Source: Dehalococcoidia bacterium
Lineage (GTDB): Bacteria; Chloroflexota; Dehalococcoidia; SZUA-161; SpSt-899
NCBI GenBank assembly: GCA_034434815.1
Contig: DAOTYO010000005.1
Location: 13,118-77,117, forward strand
Direction of reading: 5' to 3'
Length of the DNA: 64,000 nucleotides
Shown here one piece after another: positions 55,099-62,673 of this stretch. The number at the start of each line of letters is the position of its first letter. The stretch's first letter is position 1. Under the pieces are notes generated by a model that saw only the letters and a program-made list of their open reading frames with translations, made no database searches and was not told where the DNA came from. The position numbers and the translations under genes are program-made.

Positions 55099-57234
55099 CT
55101 AGGTCCCCTCGGCCTTCGCGCCCTTCTCCATCGCCTGAAGGAGGGCCATCATCTCGGCGGGGTCGGTGGTGGGCGAGCGGCATTGATAGCCGGTACACAC
55201 ATAAGCCGTCGCCTTTCCCCGAAGGGGCGTGCAACCGCCGGCAAAGGGGACTAAACCATCGATCTCGGGCGGCTCCTTTCCCGTGGGCCTCAACAGCACC
55301 ACGAGATTAGGAGTGAACCTATTCCAAAGGGTACGGAGCATGGAACGGGTATCCTCCGCTTCCGGATCGCCCGCGATGACCACTTCATGGGCCGGCCCCG
55401 CCGCAAAGTCCACTCCGCACATCAGAAAGGTATATGCGGCCGGGGATCGGCTCACCTCACCGGAGAATACCTTCATGATCCATGCCGCCTTCTTCTCCAT
55501 TTCCGGGTCGGCGGTCAAGCGCCCGATACGGAGCAAATTCAACACGGCCACAGAATTGGCCGATGGCACTGCGCCATCGTAGATATCCTTGCCGCGGAAG
55601 AGAATCTCTTCCCCATCATCCGGGGTCGCATAGAACCCCCCGCGAGCGGCATCCCAGAAGTGGGCGATGAACTGCCCGTTCAGCTCGATGGCCGCTCGAA
55701 GGTATCGGACTTCGAAAGTGGCTTCATACAGCTCGAGGAGACCCCACACCAGAAACGCATAATCATCCGCCGAGCCCATAATCGCCGCCTCGCCCTCCCG
55801 ATAGCGATGGAGCAATCGCCCATCGGCGGTCCTTAGAGCACCCAGAAGAAAATCCGCAGCGCCCTTGGCCGCCTCGGCATATTCCCGCTCGCCGAAGACC
55901 TGAGCGCCCTTGGCCAGGGCCGCGATCATGAGTCCGTTCCAATCCGTCAGGAGTTTGTCATCCCTCGGGGGATGGGGCCGCTTCGAGCGGTATTCAAAGA
56001 GCCTTTCCCGGATCCTCCCCATCCGCTGTTGGAGTTGCGGTTCGCCGATGCCCGTCCGCCGGGAGATTTCACCCATGGAGGCCTTCTGATGGAGAATATT
56101 CCGTCTCCCCGGAAGCCCGCCGGATTCTTCCCGGTAGTTTCCTTCTCTGGATACGTTGAAAACGGTCACCGCAAGGTCGGCATCCTCCGGACTCAGAGCC
56201 GACCGGATTTCCTCTTCGGTCCAGAGGTAAAATCTTCCCTCTCCGCCTTCGCTATCGGCATCCTCTGCAGAGAAGAACCCACCCTCGGGGGCGGTCATAT
56301 CGAGCAAGACGTAGGTGAAGATCTCCCGTGCCGTCCTCTCATATTCGGCCTTTCCGGTCGCCCGAAAGGCCTCGATGTAGGCCATCGCCGCAAGGGCCTG
56401 ATCGTACAGCATCTTCTCGAAATGGGGCACCAACCACTGCCGATCGGTCGAATACCGATGAAATCCGAAGCCAACGTGATCCCAGATACCCCCCTTCCGC
56501 ATGCGATCGAGGGTCTTCTCGACCATCTCGATCGCAAGGCTATCGGCGGTGCGCTTCCAATACCGGAGCAAGAAAAACAAATGGTGGGGCATCGGGAATT
56601 TGGGGGCATCGCCGAAACCGCCGTACTCCCGATCGAATCGTGCCGCGAGTTGCTCGAACGCGAGTTTCAGCACCGACGGTCCGAGCTCTTCCCCCGCCAC
56701 CGGCTGCGAGAAGTGTGCCACCGCCGCGGCGATCTCATCCGCCGATTTCAGCACTTCTCCCTCTCTTCGTGACCAGATCTCCTTGAGACGCGGCACAAGA
56801 TCGAGCATCCCGATGCGCCCGAAGCGGGTTTCCCGGGGAATGTACGTGGCGGCGAAGAAGGGCTTTTTATCGGGGGTCATAACGATGGTAAGGGGCCAGC
56901 CCCCGCTGCCGGTCATGAGCTGGCAAACGGTCATGTAAACGGCGTCAATATCGGGGCGCTCCTCGCGGTCCACTTTGATGGAGATGAAGGCATCGTTCAT
57001 GAGCCGTGCCACTTCCTCATCTTCAAACGATTCGTGTGCCATCACATGGCACCAGTGGCATGTCGAATAGCCGATGGAAAGGAAGACCGGCTTGTGCTCG
57101 GTGCGGGCTTTGGCGAAGGCCTCCTCTCCCCACGGGTACCAATCCACGGGATTGCCCGCGTGCTGAAGAAGATAGGGGCTCTTCTCCAATGCCAACCGGT
57201 TCTGAAACTTACCCATGTCTTCTCTGCTCGTCAT
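55099..57234 (-). CDS. thioredoxin-domain protein YyaL family (DUF255 thioredoxin-like + six-hairpin glycosidase-like domain)
   Basis: [29 protein letters not shown]...STCHWCHVM is the characteristic YyaL N-terminus; about 710 aa. Confidence 0.8.
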   Translation of the reverse strand: MTSREDMGKFQNRLALEKSPYLLQHAGNPVDWYPWGEEAFAKARTEHKPVFLSIGYSTCHWCHVMAHESFEDEEVARLMNDAFISIKVDREERPDIDAVYMTVCQLMTGSGGWPLTIVMTPDKKPFFAATYIPRETRFGRIGMLDLVPRLKEIWSRREGEVLKSADEIAAAVAHFSQPVAGEELGPSVLKLAFEQLAARFDREYGGFGDAPKFPMPHHLFFLLRYWKRTADSLAIEMVEKTLDRMRKGGIWDHVGFGFHRYSTDRQWLVPHFEKMLYDQALAAMAYIEAFRATGKAEYERTAREIFTYVLLDMTAPEGGFFSAEDADSEGGEGRFYLWTEEEIRSALSPEDADLAVTVFNVSREGNYREESGGLPGRRNILHQKASMGEISRRTGIGEPQLQQRMGRIRERLFEYRSKRPHPPRDDKLLTDWNGLMIAALAKGAQVFGEREYAEAAKGAADFLLGALRTADGRLLHRYREGEAAIMGSADDYAFLVWGLLELYEATFEVRYLRAAIELNGQFIAHFWDAARGGFYATPDDGEEILFRGKDIYDGAVPSANSVAVLNLLRIGRLTADPEMEKKAAWIMKVFSGEVSRSPAAYTFLMCGVDFAAGPAHEVVIAGDPEAEDTRSMLRTLWNRFTPNLVVLLRPTGKEPPEIDGLVPFAGGCTPLRGKATAYVCTGYQCRSPTTDPAEMMALLQAMEKGAKAEGT

Positions 57235-57306
57235 CCATCGCATCCTTGGCCCCGTTTGCCGCCGAGAAGCGGGAGGCCCGCTTCTCGGCGGCAAATAAAG
57301 GGTCCC

Positions 57307-57744
57307 CTAGACCGACTTGTAGATTCCCCTTTTGATCTCGTCCAAACGGGTCAGAAGATCGGAGTGTTTCTGTTCATCCTGCAGAAGATATTGCAAGAGA
57401 TAATTCTGCAGGATCATCCCCTGCTGCCCGCGGGTACAATCGAGCATCTTCTGCGCCAAATCAATGGTCTGCTGCTCGATCTTGAGGTGCTGCTCGATCA
57501 TCCCCCAGATCCGGGTAAGATCGTCCGGGGTGAGGGTGAGCGCCTTGTGCGCGATGCTGTGGGCGATGAACTCCTGAACCCGGTAGTGGATCAGCGAATC
57601 GCGCTGGATGATCTCCGCCACCAATCGAATGAGCGGGTTCTCCGTCTTTTCCATGATCTGCGCGGTCGAGGCCACCGCGGCATTCTCCACCTTCTGCCAG
57701 TGCTTCATGGTGGTCACGATATCTTGCTGTAGTTCCTTGGTCAT
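57307..57744 (-). CDS. hypothetical all-helical protein (possible four-helix-bundle metal-binding, ferritin/hemerythrin-like)
   Basis: 145 aa, several His/Glu in helical heptads (HYRVQEFIAHSIAH); GGAGG RBS; preceded by repeat copy F. Confidence 0.45.
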   Translation of the reverse strand: MTKELQQDIVTTMKHWQKVENAAVASTAQIMEKTENPLIRLVAEIIQRDSLIHYRVQEFIAHSIAHKALTLTPDDLTRIWGMIEQHLKIEQQTIDLAQKMLDCTRGQQGMILQNYLLQYLLQDEQKHSDLLTRLDEIKRGIYKSV

Positions 57745-57807
57745 ACATACCTCCTTGAGAATCTCTCCGGATTTTCGGCATCCCTATCCCATTTCCGTCA
57801 AAACCCG

Positions 57808-57927
57808 AAAAGAGCGATCCCGCTTTGGGGCCTTCACCTCAGAGCGAGTGCCTGTGATCACCTCACTCCGGACCTTACCCCCCAATCCCCCCGTGGCGGT
57901 GTCTCGGCACACGATTTCTCGATCGCC
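57808..57927 (-). repeat. copy F of interspersed element (internal ~80 bp deletion, inverted orientation)
   Basis: Reverse complement reads GGCGATCGAGAAATCGTGTGCCGAGACACCGCCACGGGGGGATTGGGGGG / TAAGGTCCGGAGTGAGGTGATCA...CTCTGAGGTGAAGGCCCCAAAGCGGGATCGCT, then TTTTGACG. Confidence 0.7.
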
Positions 57928-57947
57928 GTTCCGGGGTCAAAACACAA

Positions 57948-58637
57948 TCACTTCTTCTTGAGCACGGCCCCGAGGACCTTCTCTTTCTCGATCTTCTTCG
58001 TGCAGAAGAACCAATCATGGCAAGTCACGTCCGGTTGCTTGACCTCCATCCGCTCCTTTGCCACCCCACATGAACCGGGCGGGGGAACGATGACGGGATC
58101 GCCCGGGCGCCAATCCGCCGGGAGAGCGACCGAAAACGCATCGGCCACCTGAAGGGCCACAACGATCCGGTACAGCTCCTCGAAGTTCCGGCCCAGGCTG
58201 AGCGGATAGTAGATGATCACCCGGATAATGCCTTTGGGATCGATGACGAAGACGGCGCGGACGGCCTTGGTCGAACTTTCGCCCGGTTGGATCATGCCGT
58301 ACTTTTTGGCCACTTCCATGGTGATGTCTTCGATCAGGGGAAACTTCACTTCCACATTTTTCATCCCGCGGTATTCGATCTTATCCTTGATCGTCCGCAG
58401 CCATGCGATATGGCTGTAGAGCCCATCCACAGAGAGCCCGACGAGCTTGCAATTGACCTCGGCGAACTTATCCTCCATGGAGGCAAACGTCATGAATTCC
58501 GAAGTGCAAACCGGGGTGAAATCGGCCGGATGACTGAACAGGATCACCCAACTTCCGGCGTACTGATCCGGGAAGGTGATCTCCCCTTGAGTGGTCATCG
58601 CCTTGAATGCGGGAGCCCTATCCCCGATGCGTGGCAT
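57948..58637 (-). CDS. peroxiredoxin (1-Cys Prx / Prx6-like, AhpC/TSA family)
   Basis: Start MPRIGDRAPAFKAMTTQGEI; peroxidatic Cys motif FTPVCTSE. Confidence 0.85.
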   Translation of the reverse strand: MPRIGDRAPAFKAMTTQGEITFPDQYAGSWVILFSHPADFTPVCTSEFMTFASMEDKFAEVNCKLVGLSVDGLYSHIAWLRTIKDKIEYRGMKNVEVKFPLIEDITMEVAKKYGMIQPGESSTKAVRAVFVIDPKGIIRVIIYYPLSLGRNFEELYRIVVALQVADAFSVALPADWRPGDPVIVPPPGSCGVAKERMEVKQPDVTCHDWFFCTKKIEKEKVLGAVLKKK

Positions 58638-58681
58638 CGAGACACTTGCGGGTTGGTTCGTAGCTTCCAAGAGATCCCTCC

Positions 58682-58840
58682 TTAAAGTTTTTTGAATTCG
58701 TCTTTGCCCGCTCCGCACACCGGGCATGTCCAGTTATCCGGCAGCTTTTCAAAGGGTGTCCCCGGGGGAATATTTCCCTCCGGATCTCCTTGCGCCGGAT
58801 CGTAGACATAGCCGCAGACCGAGCATTCGTATTTATCCAT
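58682..58840 (-). CDS. rubredoxin (canonical, 52 aa)
   Basis: Not in the ORF track (<60 aa). [52 protein letters not shown]; AAAGGAG RBS. Confidence 0.8.
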   Translation of the reverse strand: MDKYECSVCGYVYDPAQGDPEGNIPPGTPFEKLPDNWTCPVCGAGKDEFKKL

Positions 58841-58888
58841 CCCTAACCGCTCCTTTCAGAAGATTTTTTCCTCCAATACTAACGGGGC

Positions 58889-59071
58889 TCAAGTTCGCGG
58901 ATCCTCACGGGAACGGGAAGCGGTGTTCCCGCTCGTACACCGAAGACAAACCCATCCGGCGGGAAGATCCGCAAGCGGCGTCCCCGCCGGGATCCGATTC
59001 TCCGGATCACCTTTCCTCGGATCGTACCGATAACCGCAGATCGCATAGTCTTTCTGGCACCTCAATGTCAT
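58889..59071 (-). CDS. rubredoxin-like protein with a degenerate first Cys knuckle
   Basis: MTLRCQKDYAICGYRYDPRKGDPENRIPAGTPLADLPAGWVCLRC...: first canonical Cys replaced by Tyr, an extra Cys 7 residues upstream, and the CPxCG Gly lost; GGGGGGAGG RBS. Confidence 0.55.
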   Translation of the reverse strand: MTLRCQKDYAICGYRYDPRKGDPENRIPAGTPLADLPAGWVCLRCTSGNTASRSREDPRT

Positions 59072-59087
59072 TCACGAGCCTCCCCCC

Positions 59088-59264
59088 TCAAGTCATGCAC
59101 TTGGGCTCATCCCGGCGGAACTGTGTCGGCTTGGCGCCGCACTGGGGACATCGCCACTCAGCGGGCAAGTCCTCGAAAGCCGTCTCCGGGGGAACCTTGC
59201 CCTTCTTATCCCCCAACTTAGGATCGTACACATAGCCGCACGCATTGCACTTGAACTTCTGCAT
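59088..59264 (-). CDS. rubredoxin
   Basis: MQKFKCNACGYVYDPKLGDKKGKVPPETAFEDLPAEWRCPQCGAKPTQF; GGAGGAGG RBS; the track ORF begins upstream at 59303. Confidence 0.8.
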   Translation of the reverse strand: MQKFKCNACGYVYDPKLGDKKGKVPPETAFEDLPAEWRCPQCGAKPTQFRRDEPKCMT

Positions 59265-59319
59265 GACGAATCCTCCTCCGGAAGAATATCCCGCTCTGCC
59301 CACGGGGGCTTCGGCGACC

Positions 59320-59829
59320 TCACTTGGAAGCTACATAAGACGGCGCCGTCTTCGGGGTTGTGCCGCGCTTCACTTGCTGATAGTACGCATACGTCATCGG
59401 CTCGCCCTCCTTGAGGACGGCCGCATCGGTGATTTCCCCCACGAAGATCGTGTGCGTGTGAACATCGCAACGGGAAATGACCTTCGCCTCGAGATACGCT
59501 ACGGCGTTATCCGTAACGATGGGGCTGCCGGTGTTCCCGATCCGATAGGTCACGCCCTCGAGTTTATTCCCGTCTCTACCGGACTTGAACCCGAACCGTC
59601 CGATGAAGCTCAGGGGGGTATCTATGGCGATAACCGCAGCCGAAAACGCTCCGCTCTTCTCGATATACTCATGGGTGAGGTTCCCCTTGTTGATACACAC
59701 GGAGATGGTGGGCGGCTCGGAGCACACCTGAACCACGGTATTGGCGATCTGTGCGTTCAGTTTCCCGGCATGGGCCGCGCCGATCACGTACAGTCCATAG
59801 CTTATCCGGTGCAAGGCTTTGGTATCCAT
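59320..59829 (-). CDS. flavin reductase-like domain protein (candidate NAD(P)H:rubredoxin-side reductase)
   Basis: 169 aa flavin reductase-like FMN-binding split barrel; first gene of the rubredoxin operon. Confidence 0.7.
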   Translation of the reverse strand: MDTKALHRISYGLYVIGAAHAGKLNAQIANTVVQVCSEPPTISVCINKGNLTHEYIEKSGAFSAAVIAIDTPLSFIGRFGFKSGRDGNKLEGVTYRIGNTGSPIVTDNAVAYLEAKVISRCDVHTHTIFVGEITDAAVLKEGEPMTYAYYQQVKRGTTPKTAPSYVASK

Positions 59830-59953
59830 GATGCCCCCTTTCCTTACCGCCGCTGACTCTGGCCTTCAGTGTAATCGAAGGTGCGGCGGACGAATGTGAC
59901 CTTTGTCGCATCGCCGCCCTCTCCCCGGAAGCCCTCCGCCCGCTCGGGCCTTG

Positions 59954-60481
59954 CTAGTTCGGGAACCGGAGGGCATCGATGATCGCTTTGTTGAACCTCG
60001 GGAGATCCGCCGGCTTTCGCGAGGTGATCAGATTGCCGTCTCTCACTACCGGCTCGTCCAACCACTGGGCCCCGGCATTGCGCAAATCCACGGCGATCGA
60101 AGGCCATGAGGTGACCTTCCGACCCCGGACCACATCGGCGGAGATGAGAAGCTGTGGCCCATGGCAAATGGCCGCCACGATCTTCCCCTGATCATGAAGT
60201 TTCTTCACCAGAGCGATCATCGATGGATACAGCCGCATCCGATCCGGCGCGTAGCCGCCCGGAACGATCACGGCATCGAAATCCTCCGGATTGATCTCAT
60301 CGGCGGGGGCATCCACAGCGATGCGGGCCTGCCCCCTCTTCCCCGTGTAGATCTCCTGCGAACCGCTGCCCACAATCACCGCCTTGGCTCCCGCATCCTT
60401 CATCGCCCTCAGGGGCTCGACCAATTCCGAATCCTCGAACCCCTCCTCGGCAAGGATCGCTATCCGTTTCCCCTCGATCAT
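59954..60481 (-). CDS. DJ-1/PfpI family protein
   Basis: Catalytic triad context AICHGPQLL (nucleophile elbow Cys), 175 aa. Confidence 0.85.
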   Translation of the reverse strand: MIEGKRIAILAEEGFEDSELVEPLRAMKDAGAKAVIVGSGSQEIYTGKRGQARIAVDAPADEINPEDFDAVIVPGGYAPDRMRLYPSMIALVKKLHDQGKIVAAICHGPQLLISADVVRGRKVTSWPSIAVDLRNAGAQWLDEPVVRDGNLITSRKPADLPRFNKAIIDALRFPN

Positions 60482-60622
60482 CGAACCGCCTCCCCATGGC
60501 TCATTCGGCCTTCCGTCCCCATATTTAAAGCTATCAGGCGGCCGATGAAGAAGTCATAAAATCGCCGGCGGAAACGTTGAAGTTTCGTAACACCGGCCGA
60601 AGGGAAGGCCGGAATCATCCGC

Positions 60623-61321
60623 TCACTCAGCGGGCCAATCGAGAATGTAACCCGTCTTGGGAACGGTTCGGATGAGAGACGGGGCATCGGGATCCTTCTC
60701 GAGTTTGCTTCTCAGCCGGCTCATCCACGTCCGGAGAATTTGCACATCGTCCCGATATTCGGGGCCCCATACACGGCTGAGGAGATCGCTGTGGAGCATC
60801 AATCGCCCGGCATTTCTGGCAAGCTCCGCAAGGAGCAACCATTCGATCCGGGTGAGCTTCTTCTCCTCACCCCCAACGAAGACCATCCGCCGTTCGAAGT
60901 CAATGACCACATCCCCGAACTTGAGCCGAGTGGCAACCTTCGGCTGGGGAAAAGCTTGAGCCCGCCGCTTCACCGCTTCGATTCTCGCCAGAAGCTCGCT
61001 CGGATTGAAGGGCTTGGAGATATAATCATCGGCGCCGAGGTTCAGGCCCTTGATCTTGTCGGTATCGTTCCCCTTGGCGCTGAGGATGATCACCGGCACG
61101 GCAGAAAAGGTGCGAATCTCCTTGAGGGTCTCGATCCCATCCAACCGGGGCATGAGCACATCGAGAAGGACCAAATTCGGATCCTCCGAACGGATCTTCT
61201 CCATCGCTTCCATCCCATCTCGGGCCATGAGCACCTCATACCCCGACGCGGAGAGTTTGGACTTGAGGAACGTGCGGATGCGCTCCTCATCATCAACAAT
61301 CAGTATACGAAAGTTCTTCAT
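60623..61321 (-). CDS. OmpR/PhoB-type response regulator
   Basis: Receiver domain (ILIVDDEERIR...LLDVLMPRLDG...ILSAKG) plus winged-helix trans_reg_C domain (LTRIEWLLLAELARNAGRLMLHSDLLSRVWG); no cognate kinase adjacent. Confidence 0.85.
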   Translation of the reverse strand: MKNFRILIVDDEERIRTFLKSKLSASGYEVLMARDGMEAMEKIRSEDPNLVLLDVLMPRLDGIETLKEIRTFSAVPVIILSAKGNDTDKIKGLNLGADDYISKPFNPSELLARIEAVKRRAQAFPQPKVATRLKFGDVVIDFERRMVFVGGEEKKLTRIEWLLLAELARNAGRLMLHSDLLSRVWGPEYRDDVQILRTWMSRLRSKLEKDPDAPSLIRTVPKTGYILDWPAE

Positions 61322-61374
61322 GAGATTTGGAAGGCCCCGGTATGCCTCTATCTTAATCGCTGATTCACGTTACG

Positions 61375-62223
61375 TCAAAGGGGATCGGAGCGGGGGAAAC
61401 TCGCCGGCCCGTACCGCTCACAGAACGCCTTCGTCACTTCCCAGAGGTCGGGCGGGAGCATTCTCCGGACCGTGGAACGGATCTCCTCGGGCACTCCCCC
61501 GTAGAAAGCCTCCGCCACACCGCCGGTGATACAGGCCAGCGTATCGCTATCCCCTCCGAGCGAGACGGCATTTCGAACCGCATCCTCGTAGGAATCGGAA
61601 CTCAGGAAAGCGATGAGCGCCTCCGGCACCGTCCCCGGGCAGGAAACATCGAACGAATAGGAGGGCCGGATCTCATCCAGACTGCGGTGGAGATCATATC
61701 CGAACAGAGCCTCGATGCGGGCTTTGATCGAGGGCTTATCGTATCCCTTCTTGGCCAGAAATACCGCCATCGCCGTCGCTTGCGCCCCCTTGATGCCCTC
61801 GGGATGATCGTGGGTGATCTCCGCCGTCAAGCGGGCCTCCCGGAGCACTTCATCCTCTGCTTCGAAGGCCCAACCAACGGGGCTCACCCGCATGGCCGAC
61901 CCATTGCCCCAACTATGGTAAGGACGCGGAACCTCCGAGAGAAGCCACCGTCTGAAGAAGCCCCCGTATCCGGCATCCGGATACCGCCTCCCGAAGCGGC
62001 GGACGGCCTCCCGATACGGCTCACCGGAAAGAACGGCATGGGCAATGGCCACCGTGAGCACCGTATCATCCGTGAAACGGCACCGCGGCGAAAAAAGGGG
62101 GAAATCCTTCGTCTTGATGGGATGGGATTCGTACACCGAACCGATGATATCCCCCGCAATGGCCCCGATCATGGAGACCGCCTCCGATAAGCTCGATGGC
62201 TCGAATGCGAACTTTGTTCGCAT
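61375..62223 (-). CDS. ADP-ribosylglycohydrolase family protein
   Basis: GAIAGDIIGS N-terminal motif and C-terminal GGDSDTLACITGG typical of the ARH/DraG fold; start uncertain (62223 or 62172). Confidence 0.7.
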   Translation of the reverse strand: MRTKFAFEPSSLSEAVSMIGAIAGDIIGSVYESHPIKTKDFPLFSPRCRFTDDTVLTVAIAHAVLSGEPYREAVRRFGRRYPDAGYGGFFRRWLLSEVPRPYHSWGNGSAMRVSPVGWAFEAEDEVLREARLTAEITHDHPEGIKGAQATAMAVFLAKKGYDKPSIKARIEALFGYDLHRSLDEIRPSYSFDVSCPGTVPEALIAFLSSDSYEDAVRNAVSLGGDSDTLACITGGVAEAFYGGVPEEIRSTVRRMLPPDLWEVTKAFCERYGPASFPRSDPL

Positions 62224-62353
62224 TATAGGGCGGGGAGCCTCAGGGGTCAACCGATTTCTCCGTGCCGAAAACCAACCGCCGGAGCCCCCAAGGCCTTCCT
62301 ACGAACCGCCGCGAACTTCCGAGACACGCCTTTGCGATTTCCCAACCCAGAAC

Positions 62354-62580
62354 GGCGATCGAAGAAGCCCATGCCCGGACGCCTCTTTAGCCGGGGGTTT
62401 GGGGGTGCCCCCCAAGAAACCCTTTGGGCGGGCGGGTGGGATCGAAGAAGCCGGATCGTTCATGGGGTGCGGGAAAATCCCGGCGCAAGGTCCGGAACGA
62501 GGCGATCACGCTCACTCACCCTGAGAGCGAAGGCTCCAAAAGCTGAATTCGCCTTTTTGGGGTCTTAACCGGCCCTTGAC
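62354..62580 (+). repeat. copy G of interspersed element (full length) ending in a TTGACT -35 box
   Basis: GGCGATCGAAGAAGCCCATGCCCGGACGCCTCTTTAGCCGGGGGTTTGGGGGTGCCCCCCAAGAAACCCTTTGGGCGGGCGGGTGGGATCGAAGAAGCC...GCAAGGTCCGG...CACCCTGAGAGCGAAGGCTCCAAAAGCTGAATTCGCC...CCCTTGACT. Confidence 0.8.
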
Positions 62581-62605
62581 TTGTGTCGACAGAGAGTGGT
62601 ATATT
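62575..62605 (+). promoter_or_regulatory. sigma70-like promoter (TTGACT -35 contributed by repeat copy G; TGgTATATT extended -10)
   Basis: TTGACTtgtgtcgacagagagTGgTATATT; followed by an AT-rich ~70 nt leader and an AAGGGGG RBS before the ATG at 62674. Confidence 0.55.
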
Positions 62606-62673
62606 CTCCCTTGGCCGGAGTAAATCAATTTAACTTGTATAAAAACAATTTTTCTTTATAAAAGGGGGCGCTA

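Noticed and set aside
58618-58809. 63-aa minus-strand track ORF in the rubredoxin region
   Set aside because: Out of frame with the canonical 52-aa rubredoxin (58682-58840), which has a perfect CxxCGY...CPxCG signature and an RBS.
6667-62580. Repeat copies as tRNA-like, tmRNA, RNase P or group II intron fragments, or a CRISPR array
   Set aside because: No cloverleaf and no domain V GAGC..GTTC-type hairpin. Copies are not tandem with regular spacers and are ~220 bp long, and they lie in both orientations. No cas genes are present.
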